From positions 5,612 through 69,611 of the forward strand of contig CAZLMG010000001.1 of assembly GCA_964560765.1 (NCBI GenBank): a stretch of 64,000 nucleotides of DNA. The letters are read 5' to 3'. The DNA is from an uncultured Oligoflexales bacterium. Lineage in GTDB: Bacteria > Bdellovibrionota_B > Oligoflexia > Oligoflexales > CAZLMG01. Position 1 is the stretch's first letter. Every line of letters begins with the position of its first letter. A program made the position numbers and the translations under genes. Shown one piece after another: positions 49,868-59,295 of this stretch. The notes under the pieces were generated by a model. That model was given only the letters and a program-made list of their open reading frames with translations. It had not been told where the DNA came from and did no database searches.

Positions 49868-49929
49868 CACTTGCTCCTTTTGTGATTAGGCGCTCGCCCG
49901 AAGTGTAGCTTCATGAATCACTGATATGT
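49855..49929 (-). repeat. copy B of the duplicated intercistronic element
   Basis: See copy A. On the minus strand, both copies place the pairable segments (G)TGATT and AATCA(C) before AAAAGGAG. Confidence 0.55.
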
Positions 49930-49937
49930 GCACACCT

Positions 49938-51701
49938 TCAGTGCGAAACGCTTCTGGGCGTGAAAAGATCGTGGATAGCCATCTCTGTTGCCCCCAAACT
50001 CTGCACATGCTCTTGCTCTAACTTTTGATCTTCCTGATTTTTCTTGGCCAGGTAGTCCATGAGTCGTTTTTGCGCAGCCGCTAAAAGGGGTGTCTGCGCC
50101 TGACTCAGACCCATCCTGGTCGCAATTACTTGATAGGCACCGAACGCTAGCTCTTCATTGCGACGGCTGAGGGGAGTCGTTGGGATCCAATAAATCTTGT
50201 AGTCACCAGAGCGATCAACTAACGAAAACCCCAGCGGCTCGCCGTTCGCCTGGCTACGAAGAATCGCGATGCCGTCCTCATTGGCCGTCTCCAAAATGCG
50301 GGCATAGACGACGGGCGAGAACTCCTCTTGTGTGGAAAAGAGCACGGATAACTTCAGGGCAATCTGGTCGCTATAGACGCGAGATCGATAGGGCTGTGCC
50401 AGCACGCCACTAGCGCGGAGATAGTCATCGACGATGCCACGAACGGCGCTGGGGAAACTCAAACTTGGGGCGTTGAGAAAGCTCTCCGCCACGCTTCGAA
50501 TATTTGTCATCTCGGTCTGAAACTTGGGCATCGTCGTCACGCGCAGGCTAACGGCCTCGTTCGTCTGCTGAATACGATGCATGATCAGGCTCCAGGCATC
50601 CGCACGCGAAACGCTGTAAACAGACATAACATCGGAGATCAGACGTGCCGGCACAACGATGGGATTCTGATTGGAGGCTAATGGATTGACGACCGCTCGA
50701 CCTATTGCCCGATTGATCTCCACGGCCAATCGGTCCAGCTCAGTGGCGACGCCTGACTGACGTAGACGCGCAGCCGCATAGCGATCATACTGACTCATGG
50801 CCAGCCGATAGAGAGCACTGCCTTGTGGCGTTTGAAAATCTGATTCAACCCATTCCCGCACCAGCTGAATGGCGTTTCGCATGGCCGAGGCCTGATTGTG
50901 GACTTGGATAATGGAATCGCCGTACGATGAATACCAGTCTAAAGCATCTTGCGCCCGCGTGTGCACCATGTGGCGAACGACGTACTCTGCCTGAGTAAAC
51001 GATTCTTTGCGCGTCAGCTCTCGGAACTGCCCCTTAGGCCAGGCAAAGAGCTCCGGTAGCCAGGTAGGCATGCTTATCGTACCGGCCAAAGCTAATGCTG
51101 CAAGTTCACCATGAAACGGGACTTCAACTCCCAAGAAGTACAACGCTGACCAGGCCATCGTCGTCGCCGGAACCGCCAGCATAGCTTTTCCTATGGCGTG
51201 CCGAGTTCGAGCTCGCTGCGAGGGTATCGTCACTCCATCTTCCAGAGCTGGCGTAACCGAAGGTCGCTCCTTCGTTCCAAGCCAGTGCTCTTCTGGCATC
51301 GCAGCCAATTCATTGAGGACGCCCAGCATTTCTTCCTTCATAGCCTTTGGTTCGATTTGCACACTGCGCAGGCGCGGCCGGTTCATCCGTAGGCGGAGAA
51401 GATCTTTTAAGCTGGTAAACATCTCTTTGACGCTATGCGCGACACGATTTTGTGAAAGCACCGGGTGAGATACTTCCGCGACCACAATAGGAATCGTTGC
51501 CTGGCCCGCCGACGCCAAGATCACCTGCGAGTCCACTTGCAAAGCGCCATTGCCAGCCTTGGCCATGACACGCGATAATTCCGCGACTTCTTCAACCAGT
51601 CGCTGCTCGTGCAAGCTTTCGCCCAATTGTTGGCAAGCCTGGTTTTGTCCGCTGGCGGTGGCATGAAAGAGCGCGATCGAGAGAATGATCTTCATTTGCA
51701 T
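49938..51701 (-). CDS. exported protein with a central pair of hydrophobic segments, function unknown
   Basis: The internal ATG 51701 gives MQMKIILSIALFHATASG, a signal peptide. AMLAVPATTMAWSALYFLGV...LAALALAGTISMPTWL looks like a hydrophobic hairpin. The upstream 147 codons of the track ORF are Arg/Ser-rich, overlap the divergent ORF and are rejected. Confidence 0.45.
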   Translation of the reverse strand: MQMKIILSIALFHATASGQNQACQQLGESLHEQRLVEEVAELSRVMAKAGNGALQVDSQVILASAGQATIPIVVAEVSHPVLSQNRVAHSVKEMFTSLKDLLRLRMNRPRLRSVQIEPKAMKEEMLGVLNELAAMPEEHWLGTKERPSVTPALEDGVTIPSQRARTRHAIGKAMLAVPATTMAWSALYFLGVEVPFHGELAALALAGTISMPTWLPELFAWPKGQFRELTRKESFTQAEYVVRHMVHTRAQDALDWYSSYGDSIIQVHNQASAMRNAIQLVREWVESDFQTPQGSALYRLAMSQYDRYAAARLRQSGVATELDRLAVEINRAIGRAVVNPLASNQNPIVVPARLISDVMSVYSVSRADAWSLIMHRIQQTNEAVSLRVTTMPKFQTEMTNIRSVAESFLNAPSLSFPSAVRGIVDDYLRASGVLAQPYRSRVYSDQIALKLSVLFSTQEEFSPVVYARILETANEDGIAILRSQANGEPLGFSLVDRSGDYKIYWIPTTPLSRRNEELAFGAYQVIATRMGLSQAQTPLLAAAQKRLMDYLAKKNQEDQKLEQEHVQSLGATEMAIHDLFTPRSVSH

Positions 51702-52136
51702 AGGATCCTCTAAAGGCAACGTGCCGAGTTCCACTTCGTTGCATTTTTCCAAAATCGCCAGAACATGGAGAAGGAGTCTTACGGGCAAAGATAGCAACAC
51801 ACATGCCATCGTCGCCGCGGATGCATTGCGTCTGAATGCGAGAGACTCACAGGGGAAATCAGCGAAGGCGAGGCGCGTGGGGCTGTTGATGAACTGTGCC
51901 TGCCCTCGGGTCGAGAGACGCAACCTATCGGATCCACTAGCTAATTTCGGTTGTGTCGACGCTCGCTTCGGAAAAAAACTGCGCCTTCCATAACCGCTGC
52001 GATTTCGCGTGGATGCAGCGCTGGATCGCGCGTTTTTCGAGGGCGCATTTTTTGCAAACCGGCTCAGGCGCACACTTCGGCCATGCTGGCCGTTGCCTGC
52101 AGACAAGACAGCAGTCGCGAGATCGGGAGAGCCATC

Positions 52137-52871
52137 GTGCAAGACGCAAACAGGTTTCAGGAGATTCTGAGTGCCATCAAGATCGCACTTAAGAACAACG
52201 GGATGACGTATCGCGATCTGGGGGAAAAGCTAAACATTCCAGAATCGACGATCAAAAAGATGTTTATCGCAAAAGATTGGCCCTACCGACGCCTCCAAGA
52301 TGTCTGCGCCGTGCTAAATCTCGACTTGGCAGATTTATTGGAGTCCGTTCGCCGCCGGAAAGTGACCAATGTCGTCTTCACACCAAAACAAGAGGACTTG
52401 TTTCGAACGCAACCCTTGGCCTTTAAACTCTATTGGTGGTTGGTCTACGAGCGACTGCCGCTAGCGAAGTTTGAAAGCCAGTTTCACTTATCGACCCAAG
52501 AGTCTTTTCATCTTTTGGTTCAACTGGATAAACACGAACTGATCGAGTTGCACCCCAACAATGTCATCCGAGTGCCGGACATTCAGCCAGCGCGTTGGCA
52601 GACCAGCGGTCCCTTTATCACCGAACAAAAGCAGCAATGGGCTGTACAAACGATCAAGGATGCGGCGCGCAGCACCGATGCGGATAGCGACCGCCTTATC
52701 GTCCAATACTTTCGTTTGAGCCCAGACTCCTTCAATGAGCTACAGAATGCCATTCGCGAGCTAGAGCAGGAGTTTGCTCGACGCACCGCTAGAGACCTAA
52801 GCCTGCACGGCAAGGATCTCATCCGGGTACGCATGGCTCTGGGCGTCGCCGAGGGCAGCTTCTTGGAGTGA
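52137..52871 (+). CDS. XRE-family HTH transcriptional regulator with uncharacterised C-terminal domain
   Basis: The HTH reads MTYRDLGEKLNIPESTIKKMFIAKDWPYRRLQDVCAVLNLDLADLL. GTG 52137 lies 6 nt after GGGAGA. An alternative ATG is at 52083. Confidence 0.65.
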   Translation: MQDANRFQEILSAIKIALKNNGMTYRDLGEKLNIPESTIKKMFIAKDWPYRRLQDVCAVLNLDLADLLESVRRRKVTNVVFTPKQEDLFRTQPLAFKLYWWLVYERLPLAKFESQFHLSTQESFHLLVQLDKHELIELHPNNVIRVPDIQPARWQTSGPFITEQKQQWAVQTIKDAARSTDADSDRLIVQYFRLSPDSFNELQNAIRELEQEFARRTARDLSLHGKDLIRVRMALGVAEGSFLE

Positions 52872-52889
52872 AGCTGCCGCAAGCTTCAA

Positions 52890-54560
52890 TCAATAGAGAA
52901 TGATGGGGCTCATGGATGCGGTACTACCCGGTTCGCCGATTTGCTTGACCATCAGCTTGCTGGCGCCAGGAATGTAAATTCCGTGAAATGGGGGATTAGA
53001 GTAGTTCCCAGAAGATCCATAGGTCACTACGTGCAGATTTCCGCCCGGATCGCTCCTGATACGCAGCGCATTGGCACCTTGATCGAGGTAGTCGAACTCT
53101 GCACCAATGCCAGCCACAGTAACTTCGGTCTGCTGTACCACATTGGAGGACGAAACCGAGATATATAGGAGCTTGATTTCCTCGTCCTCAGGAATACTGT
53201 AGTGAAAGAGCATGTGGGTCGTGCCGGCAGTATCGACGTCCATGGCTGAGTAACCACTCGACCGCAGGCCACCTTCGTTCGGACCATGCACCATCCTAAG
53301 CCAATCCCGGTTTCCGCTGGGATGCAGGCGACCAAAGCTTAAACTGACATCCGCCGCCTGATTGGTCGTACAACGAATCGTAAAATACGCGATCCCTGTA
53401 GTTGCAACATGTGTCGTCGTCAACGGCGCTGAACAAGCACCCCCACCGCCATCGTCGGAAATAACACCCGTGCTTGACACGGTATTGCCACCCGCCGCCA
53501 TGTTGATGAGCATGACATTTTTCACCTGCGGGCCCTCGCGGTCCACGACCGCAAAATAGCCGCTCTCATTCATCGAGGCAGACTCCAACATCCGCGTGTG
53601 CTCGGCTACATTGAAAGTAGCGAAAGTCCCCATGGAGCCGGTTCGCTTGCGTGCCGCAACAAACGGTGTAGTCCAGTGCAATCCTTCGACAGCCAGAATC
53701 TCTCCCCCAGAGAGATTCGAAAAACCGACAATGGTCGTCTCGTCGGTATCAAACGCGCGCTGATAGGATGTGTTTTCCGTCCACGCTTGTGGTTGGCCTT
53801 CAAAAATTCGACCGCCCGGCAGGCCGAGAATAAAACTGTCCGTATCCGTAATCTGAGACACGGCAAGGTAGCGGCCCACTTGATGGCTTTCTGTACCGAC
53901 GCGCGTTGTCTCCCAGGCGCCACCCGCATTGGTTGCAAATCCGATGAAACTAAAACTTCCGGTCGAGGTATTCGAGTCCAAGCCAGAAGCCAGCAGCAAA
54001 GCCGCACGTCCAAAATAAGGCTTGTATCCAGCATCGTCCGGTAATGCCGTCGCCACAATCAGCGCCGTACAAGTGAGGCGCGGCTCATCTGCCGGTGGAA
54101 AAATGGTCAGCTTCATGCCATCGCTGCTGAGCTCCATGTTTTCGGACGAAGCCAACGAGAAACGAAAGTTACGATCGGCTGTAGCGGATGAGCCGGAGCG
54201 CTGCTGCAATCCTGCAACAAAATCCGCGCACGGCATCTCACGCGGCGGTCCATACAGCGCCACCACGTAGTCGCCCTCCACCGCACGCGTCAAGGGCACG
54301 ACATAAGACCCATCGGTTTTAGCGCTGACAAATGGGGTGAGATTGATATCTGATAACCACTGATCACGGCTCTCGTAGCCAAAACTTCTCTCGTCAATCA
54401 GGTATCCTGGAATGGTATCTGGCTCGTCGAGGCCCCGCGGCTTCGAACTCGCCGTCGACCCATCCGATCCCGAGGACTGGAGCTTGGCGCAAGAAGCAGC
54501 CAGCGCCGCAATAGCGAGCGTTAGCAAGACCCCCCGAACATTCATTTGCGTTACCATCAT
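52890..54560 (-). CDS. lipoprotein, function unknown
   Basis: LAASC lipobox. IPGYL motif at 54399-54413. Confidence 0.5.
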   Translation of the reverse strand: MMVTQMNVRGVLLTLAIAALAASCAKLQSSGSDGSTASSKPRGLDEPDTIPGYLIDERSFGYESRDQWLSDINLTPFVSAKTDGSYVVPLTRAVEGDYVVALYGPPREMPCADFVAGLQQRSGSSATADRNFRFSLASSENMELSSDGMKLTIFPPADEPRLTCTALIVATALPDDAGYKPYFGRAALLLASGLDSNTSTGSFSFIGFATNAGGAWETTRVGTESHQVGRYLAVSQITDTDSFILGLPGGRIFEGQPQAWTENTSYQRAFDTDETTIVGFSNLSGGEILAVEGLHWTTPFVAARKRTGSMGTFATFNVAEHTRMLESASMNESGYFAVVDREGPQVKNVMLINMAAGGNTVSSTGVISDDGGGGACSAPLTTTHVATTGIAYFTIRCTTNQAADVSLSFGRLHPSGNRDWLRMVHGPNEGGLRSSGYSAMDVDTAGTTHMLFHYSIPEDEEIKLLYISVSSSNVVQQTEVTVAGIGAEFDYLDQGANALRIRSDPGGNLHVVTYGSSGNYSNPPFHGIYIPGASKLMVKQIGEPGSTASMSPIILY

Positions 54561-54768
54561 TGGCTTCCTCGTCGCTCCTGCAAGGGGACATTTGCATTTC
54601 CATCTAAAGCCATGGTCGGCACAACAGCCCGGAAACTTAAGATAGAACTGGCCAATTCCAAAAAATTCAGCAGTCGCCGCGACAGCGCCGGGCCATACGT
54701 AGATTCCTCAAGTAAATATGGGAAGTTGCCGATAGAACCGGGGTGTTTGGTTTATCAGGGAGGGTACC

Positions 54769-55410
54769 TTGCATCGTGCTCCTGGCGTCTTGTTTTTCGC
54801 GCTGGCAACATTTGCCTGCGAAAATATTGGCTTGTTACCAGCCGGTTCGAAGCCAGCGCCACATGCAGAGTTGCAGGCTGCACCTCCAGCTGGGGTGGCA
54901 CAGCCGGCGGAAGAAAATGGCGAGGAATCCTATACCGTCCAAGTGCCCCTAGACCCTAGTGCTCCCGTGATACCTCCGGCAACCAATCAGCAGCATTCGC
55001 ATCCCCTTTCCAGCATCGATATACCTAACGACCCAATCGCCCTATGCACAAATGCCATTTTGAATCCAATCGGCTATCCCCTACCCCAGGAGTCAATGCT
55101 GCCGAACCAAGAGGCCATTGCCAGTTGGCGCAACCACTGCGCCAACGAAATCTGTACGGCAGAAAACAACTACTGTTCACCGGAAATGCTCCCAGGCGGG
55201 CAGCAGTATAAGATCCACTGCAGTCGAACCGTCGTTGAGCGTTGCTTCCGCTTGTGGAATGAGTGCGAAACCATCTTTCGCGGTTGCATGGCGCAATGCG
55301 CAACCCTATTGGCGAGTGGCTTGGCCGATCGCTACCCTAGCTGCGAGCAGAACTGCTACCGGCAGCGGGGCGAGTGCAGTGAATCCCAACTTGGGTATCA
55401 ACCGCTTTAA
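54769..55410 (+). CDS. Cys-rich lipoprotein, function unknown
   Basis: TTG 54769 lies 5-6 nt after GGGAGGG. (M)HRAPGVLFFALATFAC gives a lipobox. The C-terminal half has about 12 Cys. Confidence 0.45.
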   Translation: MHRAPGVLFFALATFACENIGLLPAGSKPAPHAELQAAPPAGVAQPAEENGEESYTVQVPLDPSAPVIPPATNQQHSHPLSSIDIPNDPIALCTNAILNPIGYPLPQESMLPNQEAIASWRNHCANEICTAENNYCSPEMLPGGQQYKIHCSRTVVERCFRLWNECETIFRGCMAQCATLLASGLADRYPSCEQNCYRQRGECSESQLGYQPL

Positions 55411-55706
55411 CCGACCCTTTGGCTGCAGTTCACGGTGATCACCGCAAATTTTCTATGGCTCGACATTAGACTCTGATTTTTCGCACCTAAAAGCACCCTA
55501 ACCATCGGAAATATTTACCTGCAGCGATACCATGCTGTGGAGCGCGCCCATGCCTTAGCTGCCAACCTCGGCGGGGGCTGGGATATTCAGCCGTGAATTC
55601 AGCCGGCTCGCGATGGCCGCTCCCAGGTAAGACCCTTGCAATGGACCACTCTGCGACATGAAGTCGGCGAAGTTAACATCATGAAAATATTTTCGAGGAG
55701 TTCGAC

Positions 55707-56369
55707 ATGCGAGCGGTATTGTGGATGGGATTGATTGCATCTTTGGGCTGTAAGACCACCACGGAAGAGTCGGTCGTCCATGACGGGATCACGCCACATT
55801 GGGGGGAGCTAAACTGCCGCGTGACTCGCTCGGGCCAATTACTAGGAAAGATCAAGCCGGAAATCATCAGTGGCAGTGAACTCGCAAGCGGCAACACAGT
55901 GCTGGTTGCTGGCAGAAAGTTTTCCGTCGTGCTGGAAACCGGTAGCGAGTTCGATACTCAATCCTCGCTGACGATGACTTTGGATGACCAAGTTCTGGAA
56001 GTTTTTGATCCCGGACAGGCAATCTACAAATTGTCAAAGGACGACCGGCAACTGGAGCTACAGTGTTACTACAAGTCCGGACGTTCCTTGCCCGCCCAAA
56101 TACGCTCGGCAAAAATGTCATGCAAAGCCGATCAAGGCGGACAGAAGGTAACGCCCATCAAACACCAGACCATGGCAGGAAATCAAGAGCCTGAACCGTC
56201 GGTATATTTGTATGAAAACCACACAATCGCGGTCAACTTCTTTGAAGGTAATCAGCAGCGCCTCACTGTGGAGCTCGACGGTGCCATGGCGGAAGTGGTT
56301 TCGCCAAAAAATTCCCTGTATAAATTATCTACTGGTGATGGAACGCAGGTGCAGTGCGTTGCCGAGTAG
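55707..56369 (+). CDS. lipoprotein, function unknown
   Basis: The ATG lies after GAGGAG. MRAVLWMGLIASLGC gives a lipobox. Confidence 0.5.
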   Translation: MRAVLWMGLIASLGCKTTTEESVVHDGITPHWGELNCRVTRSGQLLGKIKPEIISGSELASGNTVLVAGRKFSVVLETGSEFDTQSSLTMTLDDQVLEVFDPGQAIYKLSKDDRQLELQCYYKSGRSLPAQIRSAKMSCKADQGGQKVTPIKHQTMAGNQEPEPSVYLYENHTIAVNFFEGNQQRLTVELDGAMAEVVSPKNSLYKLSTGDGTQVQCVAE

Positions 56370-56421
56370 CGCAGCTAGGTGAATCGCATGGCTGCTATTG
56401 CCATGCCTCCATACACTCTGC

Positions 56422-56445
56422 CGCGGGCCGCAAAAGTAGCCCGCG
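56422..56445. terminator. weak hairpin between convergent genes
   Basis: CGCGGGC (56422-56428) pairs with GCCCGCG (56439-56445) across a 10-nt loop. There is no clear T-tract. Confidence 0.3.
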
Positions 56446-56459
56446 CCTACTCATTTCTG

Positions 56460-58199
56460 CTAATCCATTCCCGGCAGATCCGTTCCATCAATTAGCAGCT
56501 GCGGTGCAGCATGATAGGCTGTGGAAACACGGCCGATGTACTGATGAGATTCTAAACAAGGACACATGCGCCCAGTCAGCGGTTCCTTTTTATTCCACGC
56601 ATAGACTGCGCCATTTTCTTCCAGAAAATACCAATTATTGCCGAGTGCGTGGGTTTTGCCCTGGAACCACCATTCATTCTTTCCACCCCAATTGAAGTTG
56701 CTGGGAGCACCGGTCAGCTGCAAATTCCTAGCGACGATGCTAGCCAGATCCAGGCCGCCCATAATGGTGGCGCGGCGGTGGTAATATTCCGCATCCAAAC
56801 GCGCCACCAACTTGCTATGGACGAACGGCTTAGCAAAGTTGGCCTTGGTGTCACGCACATCCCACTCGTAGATAAATCCGTTCGGTAAGAGAAAAAACCA
56901 TACTTTCGGCGTCGTGGCGGTGGCTTCACGGGCAAGCCAATATTCCTGGCGGCCACCCCAATTGAACGATGAAAACTCGCCGCTGGGTTTGTGCGAACTA
57001 GCAAATGCGCCGACCGAAGATGCGGGGTACGTGCCCCCATCAATCAGAGGTTGCGTGTCCGCATAGTACGAAGCAGGGACCCAGCCAATCATTTTGCTAT
57101 AAAGGGCGCCCTTGGCAAAGGTCGTTCGCGTGTCGCGCCGGTCCCAATGATAAATCTGGCCGTTTGGCAGAATAAAGACCTGCCCCGACTTTTGACTCGT
57201 AATCCACTTCTCTTGCCGCCCGCCCCAGTTATACGCGGTGGCCGAACCAAAGAGTTCGTGAGTCAAATCAATCTTGCCCGGGTTGATATCTACACCGGCC
57301 TGCAAGCGAATCCATTCGAGCTCATTGATGACCTTGGTGGCTTGACCAACAACGGCCTCATCACAGAGTTTGCCATTGGAGGATTTGCTAACACCATACA
57401 GGACGAAGCCCTCAACAGTGCGGCGAAAGACTGGCCCGCCGCTATCGCCACTACAGATCATCTGCATGTTGTCGTACCTGGCGTGCAGTGCCATGGCATC
57501 CTTCGTATTTGACGGTATATTGAAAAGGGGAGGACCCAAGACGTTGACTCCCACGCGCAATTGCCCGGATCGATCCGCCGTCCGATTCGCTTCATCGACG
57601 CCATATCCCGCGACCTCAAACTCAGCGCCTGGCTGAAAAGTATAGTCGATACCCAATTCTATGGGAGCAATCCCTTCTACGGGACGGGTTAACGTGACGA
57701 CGGCCAGATCACGTATACTCAGTGCGACCGAGGACTCACTAAAGTCAAAAGCGGGATGCGCCTCAAAACGGCTCAACTCATAGACATTGGCAGGATCGAA
57801 AGTATAAACGGAATACTTGACACCCTTGTACTCCACGAGCCACTCACCTGTTGGCCGACCAAACGTGACCCGTAGCTCTTTCAGCTTGGCCTCGGTATCC
57901 GGCTTGCAGTGGGCTGCAGTCAGCACGTGACTTCGGTTGATCAGTGACCCTGTGCAATGCTGTTGATAATAATTTGTTCCGCCAGACGTGACCTGCTTGA
58001 AGATTCCAGCCACAAACGGCAACTCGGCATGCTGAATTTCGACGCCGTTACGAAGCTGAACCTGCGTCTCGTCGGTCGAGTTCACTGCCGCTCCCGACCT
58101 TGAAGCGGAACTGGATTCACTCTCGGTCTCCTCGACCTTGCCGCAACCGAATGCAATGTGCATGCATGCTAGATACACCAGGGCTATGGTCTTGCGCAT
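56460..58199 (-). CDS. secreted trypsin-like (S1) serine protease with three C-terminal ~90-aa repeats
   Basis: TAAHC (His) and GDSGGP (Ser) are present, and the Asp is probably in SIRDLAVV. Lipobox IAFGC. The repeats are anchored by [YF]NWGG[RK]xExW at aa 324, 413 and 503. Confidence 0.85.
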   Translation of the reverse strand: MRKTIALVYLACMHIAFGCGKVEETESESSSASRSGAAVNSTDETQVQLRNGVEIQHAELPFVAGIFKQVTSGGTNYYQQHCTGSLINRSHVLTAAHCKPDTEAKLKELRVTFGRPTGEWLVEYKGVKYSVYTFDPANVYELSRFEAHPAFDFSESSVALSIRDLAVVTLTRPVEGIAPIELGIDYTFQPGAEFEVAGYGVDEANRTADRSGQLRVGVNVLGPPLFNIPSNTKDAMALHARYDNMQMICSGDSGGPVFRRTVEGFVLYGVSKSSNGKLCDEAVVGQATKVINELEWIRLQAGVDINPGKIDLTHELFGSATAYNWGGRQEKWITSQKSGQVFILPNGQIYHWDRRDTRTTFAKGALYSKMIGWVPASYYADTQPLIDGGTYPASSVGAFASSHKPSGEFSSFNWGGRQEYWLAREATATTPKVWFFLLPNGFIYEWDVRDTKANFAKPFVHSKLVARLDAEYYHRRATIMGGLDLASIVARNLQLTGAPSNFNWGGKNEWWFQGKTHALGNNWYFLEENGAVYAWNKKEPLTGRMCPCLESHQYIGRVSTAYHAAPQLLIDGTDLPGMD

Positions 58200-58530
58200 A
58201 TCGTCTCCTTACTCATGTCGACTGTGGGTGTCTTGATGATGCAAGACTCGGACAAACTTCAGCAGACGGGAAATGACAGCTGCTTTTGCGACGAGGTGGC
58301 GGGCCAAGGCACCGAATAGCGACAGGCGGATGAAAGCGATACCCTCGGAGCAGCAGCTAAGATTCGAGGCTTTATGAGGAAAACTCCTGCGAAGAATCCC
58401 TGCATTGTCTAGTCCAGGCCAGAAGCGGCACAACCCACCCTATCTTACTGATTAAACGTTACTTTTTGGAAATCGCTCCACTCCGCGCCTCGTGCTTCCG
58501 AATGTAGAATTCGTCCCGCTCCGTCCAGCT

Positions 58531-58845
58531 TTAGGCTTTGAGCCACTCCAGCATCAATTCCTTGATCTTGGTTTGATAAGGGGTTCCCTCTTGCTTCGAC
58601 TTGAATCGGAACGCTGCCAACAGCGGCTCAGGAACCTTGATGCTGATGAGCTTGCTGGGATGCTGGGCTCGCGGGTCCACCATCTGGCGAAAGGAATCGA
58701 GAAACTCGACAATTGGCGTGACATCGGCACTCGCATCGAACTTGAGGTCGGGCTCGTGCCGCCATTGAGTGGCTTGAGTTTGCGTTGTTGACTTACTGCG
58801 GGATTTACTTCTGCTTGGCACGCAGTTGCTCCAATACTTTAACAT
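58531..58845 (-). CDS. BrnA-like / ribbon-helix-helix antitoxin-like protein
   Basis: The C-terminus ISIKVPEPLLAAFRFKSKQEGTPYQTKIKELMLEWLK* matches the BrnA pattern (I.IRL....l..lk..A...GipYQtli). An alternative GTG start at 58821 lies 7 nt after GGAG. Confidence 0.5.
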   Translation of the reverse strand: MLKYWSNCVPSRSKSRSKSTTQTQATQWRHEPDLKFDASADVTPIVEFLDSFRQMVDPRAQHPSKLISIKVPEPLLAAFRFKSKQEGTPYQTKIKELMLEWLKA

Positions 58846-59281
58846 CGGCCCGATCCTGTGGCCGCCCTGTTCCAGTTTTCATTTTAATCAAATCATCGAT
58901 GGCGATGACTTGAATTTTCTTCAAGCCAAAATTTTTGGAGACAGACTTAACCTTGGAAAGGTCTGTGGTAATGATGATGTCAACGATCTCGATGGGGTTG
59001 TCTGGGTTGACGAAGCTCCAGGCAATGAGATTACGGTTCTTGATATACTCTTCACGAAATTGGAAGACTTCTTGGGCGGTCACCGGCAGTCTGGGGATCA
59101 GCCCAATGCGCCGCAATGCCCTTTCGCAGCCCACAAAATCATCCAACTTGTGGCGGATGATGCAATCGATATCGACCGTGCCACGCGGAGCGCCCAGAAG
59201 CGCCACCGCGTATCCGCCCACCAAAGCAAACGGAATTTTTTCACTGGCGAATGCGCTGCGAACTCGTTCGAGAAGACTCAA
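58805..59281 (-). CDS. Pol-beta-superfamily nucleotidyltransferase (small, TA-module type)
   Basis: FALVGGYAVALLGAPRGTVDIDCII fits hG[GS]x9-13Dh[DE]h. The C-terminus is GTGRPQDRADVKVLEQL. TTG 59281 lies 7 nt after GAGGGG and downstream of the palindromic operator. ATG 59350 would place the operator inside the CDS. Confidence 0.6.
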   Translation of the reverse strand: MSLLERVRSAFASEKIPFALVGGYAVALLGAPRGTVDIDCIIRHKLDDFVGCERALRRIGLIPRLPVTAQEVFQFREEYIKNRNLIAWSFVNPDNPIEIVDIIITTDLSKVKSVSKNFGLKKIQVIAIDDLIKMKTGTGRPQDRADVKVLEQLRAKQK

Positions 59282-59295
59282 TCCCGCACCCCTCA

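Noticed and set aside
51702-52142. N-terminal 147-codon extension of the 734-aa ORF, and the 51951-52136 extension of the XRE ORF
   Set aside because: The two extensions overlap each other on opposite strands and are Arg/Ser/Ala-rich. Internal starts give a signal peptide (ATG 51701) and an SD-preceded HTH start (GTG 52137).
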